A stretch of DNA of 64,000 bases from positions 28,522,001 through 28,586,000 of the forward strand of contig NC_087437.1 in assembly GCF_036321535.1 (NCBI RefSeq), written 5' to 3'. Of this stretch, positions 1 through 14,793 are shown piece by piece. Source of the stretch: Camelus dromedarius. Its lineage: Eukaryota. The position numbers and the translations under genes were made by a program. A model generated the notes under the pieces. That model did no database searches and had not been told where the DNA came from. It saw only the letters and a program-made list of their open reading frames with translations. Numbering within the stretch: position 1 is the first letter of the stretch; every line of letters begins with the position of its first letter.

Positions 1-384
1 TGCCCTTTATGTATGTATATACATGCATCTCTCTGTATATACACATATCCATAAATATGTCTTCATCTCTCGTATATGTATCTCTCTTTCTACCCACACA
101 CACACACATAAATGGTGATTTAGTCTGAGATAAGTTTTTGGAAATAAAATGCCGTGTCTTCTCTCTTGTAGGGGAGAAGCGCACCCAAGTTGCTGTAACA
201 CTGATACTGGAATTCTTGATTCAGGGAGAGGGTCACCGGGCACAGGCAGGAATGCCCTTGTCCTGCAGCCTGGAGCGGCACAGGCCTCGCTTACCAGAAC
301 GGTGAACGGAGGCCCTCAAAATGCACTCATATGAGAGAGAGACTGGAAAGCTTTCATCTAACAAATCAAGCTAAAATAACAAGA

Positions 385-610
385 GCAACAACTACACTCC
401 ACTGGTGTTTTCTAGGTGCTAGATATTGGCTTTACGTAAATTTTCATTTGAATCCCCATAAATCACATTATCAGGTAGATAATATGGTTGTTCTCGTTTT
501 ATTGACTGAGGACCAGAGGTTGTAAGTGGTACCCCCAAGGTCAGAGGGTTGGTAAGTGGCAGAGTTGGACTTTCAACCTGAATGTGTCTATCTGCATTTT
601 GAACTCCCAC
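385..610 (-). mobile_element. MIR SINE
   Basis: Core-like gactgaggaccagaggttgtaagtggtacccccaaggtca...gtaagtggcagag. Confidence 0.6.
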
Positions 611-3600
611 TATTAAACACGGACTCCTTTATCAGTTTTAAAGGAACTTCACAGTATAATATTACCCATATAAAGGTGATCTTTCTTGGAGAAATGACAC
701 CTTTCCTAGAATGGATAATGACGGTTCCAAGTTTGAAGTATGAAGTCTCCCTAGCTAGCAGCAGATGTGTTATGTAACCTTTTAAGCTTCCCTTCACAGA
801 TTTCTGACATTACCCTTCAAATTTCTGACCTTCTTCCCACATTTCCATTTCTTCTTCCAGCTTCTCATACCTGTAAATCTTCCTTCTTTGACCTTGTCAT
901 TTGCATCTGAAAACTTGGTTCATACAACTTGCCTGAAAATCCCAAGGGGAACCAAAATTCTTCTTGCAGCTCCAGAAGACATTGGGGAGGAAAGCTGACT
1001 AGTGGGGGACCTAATTTTGGGTTCTTCCTTATTCCTGGCGCGCTTAGCTCCTGCCTGCCGTGGTTCTGTTGGTGCGGCATTCTGATAAACACATGCCAGA
1101 CATTATTGCAGTGATTCTTCCTATACAAAACACCTTGGGGTAATTTAAGATGAAAAACAGAGTATACATGAGAGATGAAAAATCAAATTTGATCAGCAAA
1201 GTGCTGAGTTCCTAATTGGCAGCTGTGAGAAGTAGCATACCGTTGCCTCAGGCTTGCTGTTATCTGTTTGTCTATCCCCTTCCCACCCCAACTCATACGG
1301 AAGCACATTTTACAAATTCTTATGAACGCTTTCCAATTCTATTTTGGTGGGAAGGACTGAGTTTGCAGGGAATTGATGATAAATTATTGGCACTCTCTTA
1401 GCTTCTATCATCTGAATGAATTGCAAACCGTTTTAAGAGTTTCTTTTACTGAGCATGGGTTATGAATACAGGGAGCATCATTAAGTCCTGTCATTTTGTA
1501 AAAGAAAAAAAAGTTTATATTATGGAGAGGCAGTTGAGATTTATAAATAGCAAATAATGGCATTCTTTTCTCTTCATATAATGAACCATGAACAGAAATA
1601 TCAACAAGTGGTCCCTAAAGATGGGCTTTTTGTTTTTTTAAATACTTGGGTAACGTTGTATCCATATTAATATGCAGTTCACTTCTTATTGTTACATAAT
1701 ACTTCTATTAAAAATTTCTGAGCATCTTTCTGAGATAAAAATTGAGAGCTAAAATTGACATGAGACCCATTTTAGTGGTAGTAATGGGGGCAGAGTTCAA
1801 CAGAGCGAGCTTTCTGTACATATTTACATTTTATGTGCTATGTCAAAACTCAAAAAATGAATGGAATGCTTTTGAAAATTGGCATACTTCTCCTACTTCT
1901 GCCTCTTTGAGTAAACAACTGCCCCAGAAATTCTGCCTTTGTTAAGTAGCAACGAGAACAAAACATTCAAAGCGTTCATGTTTAATTTTTGAATAATGTA
2001 TCTCTCCTTTAGAGTTTCTTCTTAACAAATCCTTTTCTATATTTGGCACAATTATGTAATAGCCGTAATTGGGTGAGCCATCATCTTGGGGTGGGAAAGA
2101 TACACATGAAGAAGGAACATACATTATAAAAGCAGCCTTTCAGGATATTTCCGTACCTTGCCAATACCCGCACGTTCTTATGAAAGGTAGCTACTCCCAC
2201 TTTTTGCAGTAATGTAAGGGAAACTTCATAAAAGATGCAAAAATATTCCTGAGAACTCATCTGAGTAGAAAATCCCAAAGCCCCTTTTTCTGTTTTTAAC
2301 AGGAAACATGCCTGTGCAGATGGCCTGTTGAATTTTCCAGCATTTTAATGCAATATACAATTGATTCCCTTAGATCCTAAGTGTCTAGAGTGGTTCTGCC
2401 TTAACTCTTCGAGGTAGCTTCTAAAAGGAGCCCACAGTCTCTTGCCCAGATGCCGCAGGGAGTTAACAGAACTCCTGTACATAAACATCCCTGTTCTCCC
2501 CACCTGACACGTACTGGTCTGTCTCCCTGTCTTGCATCCTCTCTCCCTCAAATCCCTTCTCCACGTGTGCCTGCAGAGCTCTGAGATCCTGGAAAGCAAC
2601 ACTCTTGTGTTCCCACTAGAATTCACATGGAAGGAGCTCACGGTCATTGGATAGCTTTTAAATCTGTTACGCAGGTTAGAATCACAAATTATCTTGCAGC
2701 TAGAATCTTTCCTAGGGGATATTTTGATGTTCAAGACTGATCCCAGGTCCCAGAGTACATTTAATGGGCACCGTAATTCCAACCCTTTCACTTGCCGGAT
2801 GTGAACTGCCACAAAATGGCAGCAACGAGCTAGAACCCTGGAACCCTCGTGACCTAGTAGGTAAGAAAGCCACCGACTTACCTCCTCAAGAGAATGAGTG
2901 GTAGACTGGAGCGCGCGTCCTGTCAGGTCCGAGAGAAGAACCTTCGACCATGTTAGCCCAACTTTATGTCTCTTCTTAAGGTTGTTTCCCACCCATGTCT
3001 CCTATATCCAGCTCTCTTTACTAATTAGAGTTCCATTTTTTATTTCTTTCTCTATCCTGTATTATCCAGCATGATGATAAGCTAATAGATACACAATATA
3101 TATTTATTAATAGATAGATGTTAAAAAAGGATATTAGCAAAACTGTGGATACAGTTTCTTCTTTCCTGTGTATGTGCAGTGGTTGGCAGAGTGAATTTGA
3201 ATGTTATACGTAGTTCCCCAGTTCTTTGTAGAAATTGTTTTCTCAGAGGAGTCATTTCTTTCTCAGCCCTCATAGATATTATCACTTTTAGTAGGAGGTA
3301 TAAAATTGTTTTAAATAATTTTTTCTAAGAATCTCACTGAAAAATGGTGTCTAATTTATAGAGCTTTTCAAACAGTTATTGAGAGTAACCAATTTAGTAT
3401 GAATCTGTTTTTTTTTATCACTGACATTCAGTTCATCCTACATGGTTTTCCAAGATGAACCTACAGCTTTTAAAACCAAGATTATCGGCTAGATTTTCTT
3501 CACAATTTCCTCCAAAGTGAGAACCACACTGAGACCTTTATAGTGGCAACACAAATACTTTGGAGCAAAATTGAGTTTTTCCCAAAGGGTAACATAGGCA

Positions 3601-5004
3601 ACTTTGTTTATGACTTGCAAAATGTCATATCAATTCGTGTGAAATCCATAGTATAACTAAATGTGTAATGTGGTGACAGCTCTGAGAAGTCTGTCTGACT
3701 GACTCGGTGCTTATATACAATGAAAGGAGTCCTCTAGAGGGGTTTTTGTTTTTGTTTTTGTTTTTTTGGGGGGGGGGCTGCATTGTAAACACCACTGGCT
3801 ATTTGAATTTCAACTTGATATTATTTTAGTTCTAAACATAGCCTGCCAAATTTGTTTATACAGTACATATCCATCACTTTAATTGTTCTGTGACTTTGTA
3901 CAAGTGACTTAACTTCACAGAATCACTGAATCCTCGTCTGCAAAGGGGGAGGGGCACGGTGTTCTCAGTATTCCCCATCCCAGAATTGTTGGGAGGATTA
4001 TGTGAGATCCGTTCTTTCCTTTATTCAACACTCTGGCTCACTCCAAGCTAGGGGAAGCGAGGCCCCACGTTCATGGATCTTACATCCCTCGTGCAGTCTG
4101 TCGGGCAGTGAGCACATAAATAAGCAGCATCGTTGCAGGTGTGACCAGGGCTGTGAGGAGAATAAACAGGGGCAGTGTCAGGTGGAGCCTGGCTCGGGGA
4201 GGGCTTCAGTTGAATAGATTATGTTCACTGTTCTGTCTGGAAAGGCATAGACAATAAATGGTAATTTTTTTCCCTCCTCATCATCCATAGTTAATTTCTT
4301 TACCCTGTATTTAACTACTATGCTCATAATTTGTTTTTAAAAATGGATAAGTAGTTTTTATTTTATGGGAAATGTTTTTATTTTTATAAATTTAAGATTG
4401 CAAAGCAAATATCTTATTGTTTCAGGTTTAACAGAATGACTAGGTACATTTTCATTTCTTCATAGGGTAATATAAATTACCTTAAGCTCAAATATCAAAT
4501 AACAGTCCTGATTATCATTTAGGTCTAGTTTCTCTTCTCTGCCGTTTTGTAATGTAATAAATTTCACGGAGGACATTTGTGTGAGTGCTGACCCACGTGA
4601 ACCGTTTAGTGCAACTGTTCTGTCTTGTGTCTTTAGGAACCATATAACCAGATGAACAGTCACCACACTTGAACTTAGTGCAGTCTTTCTATATCCTTAG
4701 GACTTAGGCAGTCTTCACTGTGCAGTGTCTTCCTGCAATTCAGGCAGGCCTCAGCAAAGGCACTCAGGGGATGGGTATCTTTGCTTATGCAGATTTCTCA
4801 ACCAGGCATTTGAGTTACTTCCACATACCTCACCTTAACTCTCTGAACTTGTCCTGGACACAGCCTTTGTTGCAGCCGGTCTGGCTTACTCCTGTCTGTC
4901 AAGCAGCCTGAGGTTCCCACCTGTGTGGTGGGACTTGCTGCCCTTCCACCTGGGAGGGCCTCCCTGGCTCCTTGGATTCCTGAGAAGCGTTATGGAGGAC
5001 AGAA

Positions 5005-5180
5005 TCCTCAGTCTTGGTATCAGAGCTGGATTTGAGACTTAGACTTGATTCACTACCTCTATCATCTTGGGCAAGTCATTTAACCTCTCTGGACCTTCAT
5101 TTCCAAATCAGTGTAATGAAGTTAATGCCAGTTATCAATATGGTCATTGTGAGGCTGACTGAAAATGTTTGTGACAGTGC
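5005..5180 (+). mobile_element. MIR SINE
   Basis: cttgggcaagtcatttaacctctctggaccttcatttcc. Confidence 0.7.
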
Positions 5181-7254
5181 CTCGCTCCCGGGCTGTTTCC
5201 CTCCGCACTTGTCCCCCTTGGTGTCACAGTACACTTCATGGCATTTACTTTCTAAAATATACCCTATGTGATGATTTATGGTCTGCCCCATCCTGCCTTT
5301 TCTTTTCTTTTTTTGATAGGGAATCAGGTAAAAGAGACACATAGATTAAAATTCTCAAAAAGAAAGTTTGGGAGTTATATGTTTGTTTTAATGAACCATC
5401 TGTTCATTTGTGTGAGCAGAGTATTTTATTCATGAAAAATGAGGTATAAGAAATGGTCTATTGTGAAATTAACAAATATTTTTATATAGTGGACTCAGAA
5501 ATATACTAAAGAGAAACTCAGTGGGTATGGCATGTGTTTAAATATATTATTGGAAACATGACAGAAAGTATACCCACAATAAACAGTGAGTTGGCAGGAC
5601 TGTTACATGTGCTGTTAAAAATGGGTGATGTCATCTGAAAGGTCCCCAGCTTCAGAAGATCTGGGAGATGGGACATTGGCATTTTGCAACCTGCTCGGAC
5701 TCAAATGATTGATAACATATTTTAAGCATAAATAATAAGGCTATTGATAATTTGTAAACTTTTACTTGACTCTATTTAAAATATTTCCTGGTCTTTTCAT
5801 GGTACTCTGTTTAATCTTTCCCCAAAATAACCTCGTTGACTAACACATTATAAATCTTCCCCTGCTGTGTGTTATATGTGCTCCGGTAATCTCACTGACT
5901 CACTTGCGTGAGTGGGGGGACCTGCCCCCCTGCCCCATGTAAGCCAGTATACTTTAGCAAAACCCTGGCAGTTTATAACTCTGCATACTGGTTTTAGAAG
6001 GAATTACTTTTCGTTTGCATAATCAGTCCGTTTGATTATCAGCCACTTTTCTTCTCTTCCAGAGATTATTATAAAAAACAAACTTCTTTACTAAATGGTA
6101 CTTTTCAGACCACGATTTATTTAAAAACAAAACAAAACAAAATCAAAACAATTGAACCAAAAATAGTTGCCCCACTTACAGTGCAAGAGAAATTTACTGT
6201 AAATCAGAAACCACAGCTTTTTAAATAAAATTTGAAATTAGTCTTGACTTACAGATACAAGTGTTAACAAGGAAACAAAACAAAGCAAGCATAATTTCAG
6301 AAATAGCTAAAAATATATGCATGTGGAGACTTTATATCTGTTGGATAATTTGGAACTTAATCACATTAGATTCACTGAAATAGTTTGGAAGAATTTTTAG
6401 AAAGTAGGCTTATATCCTGATTCGTATTTTTTTATGTTAGTGTATTGACTACACCAATTTAGCCTGATTTGTTTTAATTTTTAAAAGGGCCTTTCACGTT
6501 TGATTTCATGATATTATAGGATTCTCTTAGAGTGGTTCGTAAGATTATTATTTTCAAATATTGTAAAGGAATGTGTCACATTCAGAAAACATACATGAAA
6601 ATGATCAATATCGGCTTCTAGTAGAATAAAATGAGGCAAACATGAACTTTGCTTTTTATTGCTTTTGGTTTTTGTGAAAACAGGAAAAATGTAAAGTGGT
6701 TATTCTAACAACAAAATATTACAACAGGAAAAAATTTTTTTTAGTTTCATTTTATTGGTTATCCCTTGAGCAATGCTTTTAAGAATTTTTGCCAAGCTAC
6801 CTACCATATTGACACTTCTAAGTAACATTTTCTAATCTGAGCAATCCAAATTACAGTAACTGCTCTTTTTTTTTTTAATTAAAAAATTCTTTTATTTTTT
6901 AATTAATTAATTAATTTAATTTGCTCTTTTCTGATGTGGCTGTAGTGTGGAGCCCAGTTTTTATCTTGGTATGAAGGAAACAATAAAGCATAGAATAATG
7001 GACTACTTATTGAAGCAGAAAGTTGCTATTAAGTTGCAAGAAATTGGAAAATAATCAAGCTTAATGTGGCAGTTAGTCAATAAATACAAATCAATAAGTA
7101 CGTTTTCAAAACATTACTAGGTTTTGAGCAAGCACTGCTCTAGGTGTATTTTAGAAGTCAGACATACAGTTAATATATCTGTATGCATATTATATGTCTA
7201 CTGTACATGTATTATATGTAAATGACTTAATATACATTCTGCTGCATAAGACTC

Positions 7255-8335
7255 CTTTATCTGTTTGCTCATTCCGTTAGTCAACACCCGTTATGAGCCT
7301 GCCACTAGTCTAGCTGTTCTTGTTTTGGGAATACAACTGGGAAATAAACAGTCGTGATCTTTACCGTCATTCCTGGTCTAGTAAAGGAAATAAGCAACTG
7401 ACAAGCAATTATGATAAAGTGTAATGAATGCTCTGGAACCAGCTAAATGAGCATTAAGCAGACTTGAAGTTTAAAGAAAACTTCTTGGGGGTGGTGACAT
7501 TTAACTGGGGACTAACTGACTGGAAATTAGCCAGGCCAAACAAGAAGGAGTGGGGACGCAGTATTTTCGAATAGCTGGATCTGCCTGGACAAAGTGATAT
7601 CTTGTACAAGGGACTGAACGTAGTTTAGTTTAGTATGACTGAGGAGGGGGCCGGGGGCCGGCAGAGAGAGTGCAGGTGAGTGTGCAGTAGAAGAGAAGGG
7701 CAGAAGGTTGTGAAAACGCGGGATCAAGGGATCGGGAATGATGAGCTGGAAAAGGATCAGGTCTGTGTTAGCTCTTGCCTGGACCATTAACATCATTGCT
7801 TAATTGATGTCCCCTCTGGAGCTCCTGTCTGACCAATTCATGAAACACAGCTTTGCAAATGTCTTCCCGGCCCCCTTCAGTGGCTCTCGCTGGCCTGCAG
7901 AAGGAAGCAGATAATCTATAACTAGGTTTTTAAACTCCCCAAGCTAGATTCAACCTGCTTTTCAAACTTATTTCCATGGCTCTTATTACATACTTGTTTC
8001 TTGTCATTGATGTTTCCAATTATGCTATTTCCTCTACCTGGATATCTTAGAATTCTAACTCATCATGTATAAATTCTACCTCTTCTTCAAAGCTACGGTC
8101 TGATTTTTCTAAATGGAAATGTTCTCTTTTTCCTTCAAACTGTAAGAGCTCTGTATCTGCGTGTCCCTTGTGACCCTCTTTGTCTTCTGTCTGTGTATTC
8201 CAGCTGTTTGCGTGTGTGCCGTATTTCCCTTCGAAGAACACGTGTCCGATTCATTTCGGGTGTCCGCTGCCCTACAGCCCTCAGCACGTGCGCGGTCTCA
8301 CCACATGGTTGGTGAATAAATGTGTAAATGAGTTA
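7255..8335. mobile_element. Degraded L2 fragments (minus-strand 3' end near 7260, plus-strand 3' end near 8330)
   Basis: ctcattccgttagtcaacacc...gggaatacaactgggaaataaacag at the left; cagcacgtgcgcggtctcaccacatggttggtgaataaatgtgtaaatgag at the right. Confidence 0.5.
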
Positions 8336-8777
8336 TTCTGGACGATACTAAGATTTGTTGTAAAGCACATTTAAGGCAGGATCACTTCTTTATTTATTTT
8401 CTTTTACTTTTTTTGCCTCCTCCATTCATCCCGTCATCTAGCTTACTTTCTAGGTTAGATTAGGAGACAGTGAATCCCTTGTCCCGTTCTGCTCTCCCTT
8501 TCGCCTGTGTCTGTGTGTGTGCCCGAGACCTATGCCCAAGGGAACAAAGGGCAGTAGCTGTTTTCACGCCACTCCCTGCCCCAGCGCCCTTTCTCCCACT
8601 GTCTGGGGAAGGAGCTGTGAAGAGACAGACAGTTTAGAAGCAAGAAGGATCAGTTAGCTGACAGGTAACATTAGCGGTTATCTTGAAGTCACTGGCAAAC
8701 AAGGGGTTTAAAAGAACCACGGAAAGGGTTGTGATTGATGTGTAAATGAGAATGTGTGTTAGTATATAGAGACTAAT

Positions 8778-8925
8778 CAGTGGTCCTCAGAGTAGCAGTC
8801 ATTCACATTGTCTGAGAGCTTTCCTGGGACGCAGCCAAGGTCAATTAAATCAGAATTTCTGGGGGTGGAGGCTAGGTATAAGAATTTTTAATTTATAATG
8901 TACAGCCATGATTAAGGACCACTGG
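8778..8925. mobile_element. MER5-family DNA transposon relic
   Basis: TIRs cagtggtcct ... aggaccactg with internal aaatcagaatttctgggggtgg. Confidence 0.6.
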
Positions 8926-11900
8926 CTTCAGCCTTACAGTGTTCTCTCAGTGGTGTGATAGGGGTACTGGAAATGCCCTCCTGTCTCCGAAATTGCTTAT
9001 TCATTCTGCAAATATTTACTAAAAATGCTGAGGTTGCTAAGTTAGATTTCATCCTGTCTTTAGCAAGTTCTTAATCTCGAAGGATGGACAGACTTGTAGA
9101 AATTATCTATAATACAATCTGACAGGTGCTGAATTCACCAGCATGAGTTTCTCCTACCTGGCAAGAAAGTTAAAGAGGGGGAAGGAAGAGAAAGGGAAAG
9201 AGAAAATGTCCACAGAAAGTGACATGTGAAGGGGGCCCTTCTCATCATCCAGTTTAACCCAGGAAAATGATTCCCATTTAGTAGCCGCCACTTTTAAAAT
9301 ACAGATGCCCAGTCTCCTAATGAAAAGAGAAATGAGCATTGGTTGATCCTGCCTTTGGGCACCGGGAAAGCTTTCTCATAGCCCCTCAGGAGTCCCGTTA
9401 CTTGGGTATGGTGTCACAAAGGAAGGCGCTGTCTGGGCTGGGAGGTTGAGCACCTGCGTCAGGCTGCAGAGCTGGTGGGTGAGAGAGCCTCCGTGAGCCC
9501 AGGGCTCCCTGGCTCCTGGATAAGTGTTTTTTTTTCCTCTGGACTGTAAATTTGCCATCCTCGGCCCCTAGAGGCTTTGTGTGAATTAGTTCATTAAAAG
9601 AGATTCTAACTTGACTGTGAGCTGATGGAGTCTCACTGCTGGGGTTGAAGGCAAAGGAGAAAGATGCCTTCAAGGATAACCAGAAATGGAAGTGGGGCTG
9701 CACGGTGGCAGGGAGGTGAAGGCTGTGCTAGGGGAGGGAGCAGACCCGGTGCTGCCCGCCGACTACGCACCACAGCGTGGCTGAGGGCCTTCATGCTCTC
9801 ACCTCAGCGTCACACCATCCCTGGGATGGTATTCTCATCTCCGTTTGTGTAGAAGAGGACGTTGAAGTTGCTTGAGGCTGAGTAATTAACCCAAAGCCTC
9901 ACTGCTAATCAGTATCAGAGTTGGCATTGGAACAGACAACTTTGATGACTCGAGGTGATGTGATCTGAACAGTGAGCTGGGGCTCTGCGGCTTTTTTACG
10001 TCAAGTCCTGGCACAGTTCCTGTGTGCAGATCACCCAGGCCTGAGGAGGAGGAGCTCACACGCTCAGGGCACAGGTGAAGCCAGCAAGTGGCCATTTTCT
10101 TACTTGCGTTGGAGCAGAGTACCAAGTCGTGGTTGGATGATGGTCGTTAGAAGTTACCAGAAAAAGGAGCAAATGGCAGGAGACTAGGGGAGAAGGGAAA
10201 TACAATGAATTGAGAGAAAATGGGCCCGCAGTGTGTGAGTTGATAGAGGTCCAGGCGAGAATGCAGGAGGGAAGTTTGAGAACTACTGAACTGAACAGAA
10301 TATCCGACATTCTGAAATACGATTGGGACTCATTCATTTCGCAAACGTTTATTGGGCTTGTGGAGCTGGGCGGGGCTGTGGGCATAAGGTTGAGGCAGCC
10401 ACCCCCTTCAGGAGGTGGTTGGCATGGGAGGAAGACCTGTAGTGAGCAGGCAGTGAAGCCCTGGGACCCTGTGGGGAGGGAGCCATGTACAGAATGCCAA
10501 GGAAGGTACAACAATTGTGTCTACTAGCAGACACCTGCTTTAGCCAGAGGTAAAGGGTGTAAAATTCACAGGTACCTTGCTTTACTCACTTAATGCACCC
10601 AAGCCTGGTGTTTAGCAGATCCAGGCTTTCAGCCTAAATGTATCTGATACGATCGCAAGAGAAAAACATCATGTGACAGCCGCCTGTGCCTTTCCCTCTT
10701 ACGTTCACATTCTGGCTTATTATAAAACAGTGTTGCCATGGCTGACGCTCCTGTGCGGCCCAACATCTCCATACTTTTCATCTTCAGCAAGCACGTAAGA
10801 CATGCTCCGCGGTCTCTGATTGCCGTTTAGTACAGAGCACCTTGTAATGATGAAGCTTGTCCGGTGCCTGTGTTTGAGTCATGACTTCACTAACCTTCTG
10901 CCTCAGAGGCACATCTTAGAGATGTTTTTATAAGAGTTCCACAGTTCGTAGTCATCTCCTTTTCTTTATTATTAAAATGGAATATTTTTCAAAAAGTTAT
11001 TCAGAGATACTAGAAATAGAGGGAATTCCTTCTGAAAACTCTGAGACTTTTCCAGTTGTAGTCCCAGCGATAATTTTTAAGTAACTGCTGCTGGCTGTTA
11101 TTCTTTTAGACGTTTGGGGACCTGCCTTGAAAAAGCTAGCTGGTGGAAGTCTCTGAGGATGGGGGAAGGGGCCGAGGAGGAGACAGTCTCAGATAACCTG
11201 GGTTGTGATGCTGCTTTTTCACTTTAAGAGATTTTTTTTCACCCTTACCACCTATGCTGCTGCAGTCAGCATCCAATAGAGACGTGTTCTGGGTCCGGGA
11301 GCCAATTGTCTTTCTCCTCGCGGCAGCCTGAAGTCTGAGAGAGAGCTGATGGCTCTGCACAATTTTAGCAAATTGTCATGGGGGTGTGGGGGAGGGGAGC
11401 GCTTTCCCTACAGGGACAGAGCCAGAGGCATTGAGCACATTTTGTTCAAGTACAAAGTGGATCTGTTTGAAGGAGACAGTGGTCAGCAGTGGTGAGGACC
11501 TTTGTCACCTCACCTTTTCTTCGTGCTCTGTCATTGTTGTTTACATGAGGCAGTAGCATTTAATGGCTGGACTTGAGGCAGAATCTGTGAGATCAGAAAG
11601 TAACCACATTTGTTTTAAGTTAGGGAATCCCAGAGGCTTATGGAGGAGTCTGAGTGAAAAATTGGGGGAAAGGAAGGGTCTCTGTTATTTGGCAAAGTGA
11701 GTGATGTCTCTAAGAGACTGGAGAGCAGTGTGATGTAGTAATTTCTACATAAAACTGACAAAGTTTCGGACATCTGTTACAGTTTAGAAAATTATTTAAG
11801 CACTAGTCACATGCATAATATGCACTCTCCCATCTAGTGGGCTTTGATGGAAGATTTACAATGGAAATATTGAAACGAGACTGAAAACATTGCATAACAT

Positions 11901-12639
11901 TAGACTTTAAAGTTTATCATAATTAACAATAAATGTTATCATCTTAGATATGTAAAAACAGTTTACTTTCCTATATTTGTAGGCATATGTAGGATCTAGA
12001 AGGTACAAATATAACAAATGCTTCATGTAAATACAAAGTAATGGTGTCTGTTATCATTCTTGAACTGACTTCACCAAAGTGTTTTACCTCTTTGATTTCC
12101 TTTAGTTTCCTTTATATTACTAATTAAAAGACTTAAAGCCTACCATCCTCTCTATATTATTGTCTAACTTTATATTTTTCATGTTAATATATACAATATA
12201 TTCTCTTTTCTATGTACAACCACCTTTTCTTTACTTGTGGTATATCCAAATCACAGAGGCCAGGTCCGTGGAATCCATAGATATATTAAGACCCTCGTGC
12301 CTCACTAGGACTCTTGTTGGCATGGCTGATGTGAAGCAAAATTTAATTTGGTGCTCAATTATTTTATTTTCTGCCATTGATCCTATAGTGCAGGTCCTGC
12401 TGAGGGAGAAAAAAAAAAAAAGAATGACAGAGAAACTGAAAATTTAAAAGAGAATCTAAATGTTTTTCCATTACACTTTGGAAATACTATGTGGATTAGT
12501 CTTCTCCAAAATTAGTTGCTTGTATTGTGAAATATCTCTTCCTTTGTAGAACTCAAGGGGGTTGAAGTATCCGTTTGGTTCTGACCTATTTTGGTTGACG
12601 TCATCTATGTTTAGTATGAGCAATGATTAGAAAAACATA

Positions 12640-12775
12640 GGGGGGGTGGGTATAGCTCAAGCAATAGAGCTGCATGCTTAGCATGCAAGAGGTCCTAAGT
12701 TCAATCCCCAGTACCTCCTCCAAAAATAAAATAAATAAACCTAATTACCCCCCCCAAAAAATGTTAAAAAAAAAT
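12640..12775 (+). mobile_element. tRNA-Ala-derived SINE (camelid Vic-1-like)
   Basis: G-rich start, A box TAGCTCAAG, anticodon arm CTTAGCATG, B box GTTCAATCC, then tail AATAAATAAACCTAATTACC and an A-rich end. Confidence 0.85.
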
Positions 12776-14624
12776 AACATACACCCATAAAGATGACCAA
12801 GTGGTTCTAAGTATGAATGCCTACCTCCTGCAGAATGAGGAGGAGAACCAACTCTGCAGGTAGACTGTCTGGGTTCAGTTACGTGTCCTTGGGCAAAGAC
12901 CCTTCTCTCTCCCCTTCGGAGGGGTATTTGTGGATGGAGAGCTTTTGCTTAATCAGTGCACCAAGAGCTGGAATAGGTCTATAAAGAACTGCTTAAACAA
13001 GTCTTCCAACAGATTGTTAAGGAAAAAATTATGTACATTTGACTTAAGAAGTTTACCTCCTTCTTACCTTCTGGAAAGCTCTATGAAGTATAATAGAGAC
13101 GCTCATGCTGTAATGCACCTAATAATGGAACGATGATGAATTGGGTACTATTTGTAAAACATTTTGTATTTCTCAATTGAAAGGCATGCGCTACAAATAG
13201 AGCTCTAAATTTTATTATGTAAATGTTGGGGGCTTTTAATTATTAGCCAGAATTGAAGAGTGTCTGATTTGGATGCCATAAAACTTCAGAAGTGTTTCTG
13301 CTACAGACAGTTTAGAAGTCTGACAGTTGCTGTACCGAAAAAATAATGAAGCAATTGAAAAAAAGAATAGAAACATAGTGATCTGGCATTTCCAATTTTA
13401 TGATCCTATAAAAAAGCAGCCAACGAATGTTGGACTGTTTAATGATGCTGGCACCCACCAAATGTCACTGGGCTTTCACAAGGTCATGGAGACTCTGGTT
13501 TGGCTCAGGGATGCTGGCCAGACCCGTCTTTGGAGCCCAGGAAGACTGTGGAATAGTGGCCGACAGTAGGTGCCAGCTACACCCTTTACAGCGCTTTGTC
13601 GATGGCTACCCACTTTTGTGGGATTCTGTGGGGTAGGGAAGTGAAGACTGTCTCTGCTTACAGCATCCCATCAAAAGCAACTCTAAATATAAGATCCTTG
13701 TAGGCCCCCTCTGAGGAGGCTAAGATTTCTTCAGATGACTCGCAGCTAAAATTGTGTGCTGATATAACTGTTGCTGTCACAGTTGTATGTATATCTGATC
13801 TCTCTCAGACAAAAGCTGCTGGAGAAAGGAGGGTATTTTTGTAACAAGAACGTGTGTGTGATTTGTTGCCGTTTCCCCCTCTCTCCACCTCCTCCTCAAG
13901 CAGTGGCTAACCAGACTTCCATGCATTACATAACACTTACCTAGATGTGTAGAGTTTCAGGGATGCCATTTCCAAGATGATTAATGGGAGTTGTGCAATT
14001 AAAACGCCTTAGTTCTCTGGGAAAAAAGTCATAGTATCCCGATGTTTGAGTTAGAGTGCGCTGCTGTTGCGTCAGCATTGAGGGTATTTTGGGATGTTGT
14101 AAATGTCACTATTGGTTTTCATGTCCAAGAATCTTCATCGTCAAACTTAGGAATGCTCTTTAAAATAGTGCCTAGAACATCTGAATACTGGAGAGGCCTC
14201 TTTAAATAGCTAGAAAAGTCTAACCTAAAATCGCTACCCTAAGATCAGATTAGGCTTGGATGAGAGAAAGTTTAATGCCCCTGAAACAGAGTCTGCCACA
14301 TTCTTTTACAAACCTTCAGACCATGGCATAATTACAGATTTAGGCTGAATAGATTGTGTGTAGGATTGTGCATGTGTGTGTCTGTACTTTCCTTTCCTTT
14401 CCTTTCTTTTACTGACAGTCTCAGTAATCGTTAAGCCACAGTTCTGAATATGAACTTTTTATGGGATCAGGAAAAGGGGGAAAAAAATCCAAATTTGTGT
14501 TACATTGTATTTCACTTGAAAACACTTTAGATCTGTAGTAAAGTAATATAAGGAAATTGGGACTATTTCAGTGAAAAGACATTTATAAATGTCTGCTTCT
14601 ATTTTCTCGTACTGCTAGGGGAAA

Positions 14625-14793
14625 ATTCTCCCAGCTCTTGTTGTCTTGTTGAATCTGCAGATTCAACTGCCCCAAAGAAGGGCCTGCTATAATGTTCTGT
14701 GCCAATTTTGAGCTGTGCAGAGTCGGTGTCCCTAACACCCTTCACCCACCCCCTCTCCCCTTGCCACCCCCTGTGTTGTTCAAGGGTCAGCTG
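14625..14793 (-). mobile_element. TcMar-Tigger (Tigger2/MER8-like) fragment
   Basis: TIR-like CAGCTGACCCTTGAACAACAC on the minus strand, followed by the internal inverted repeat gttgaatctgcagattcaac. Confidence 0.6.

Noticed and set aside
2345..2992. Longest ORF in the track (215 aa, minus strand), considered as a nested gene or retrogene
   Set aside because: It starts at a non-ATG codon, shows no recognisable domain, has Leu/Ser/Arg-rich random-like composition, and I saw no poly(A) or TSD. A BLASTP hit would overturn this.
10056..10527. Overlapping 152-aa and 105-aa ORFs in a GC-richer patch
   Set aside because: No recognisable protein and no exon-like boundaries; the region includes repeat-derived sequence.
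11827..11842. CTCF-like motifs (CCACTAGATGGG on minus here; CCACTAGGGGTC at 63147)
   Set aside because: Each mismatches the GGC core end; not supportable without a PWM scan or ChIP data.
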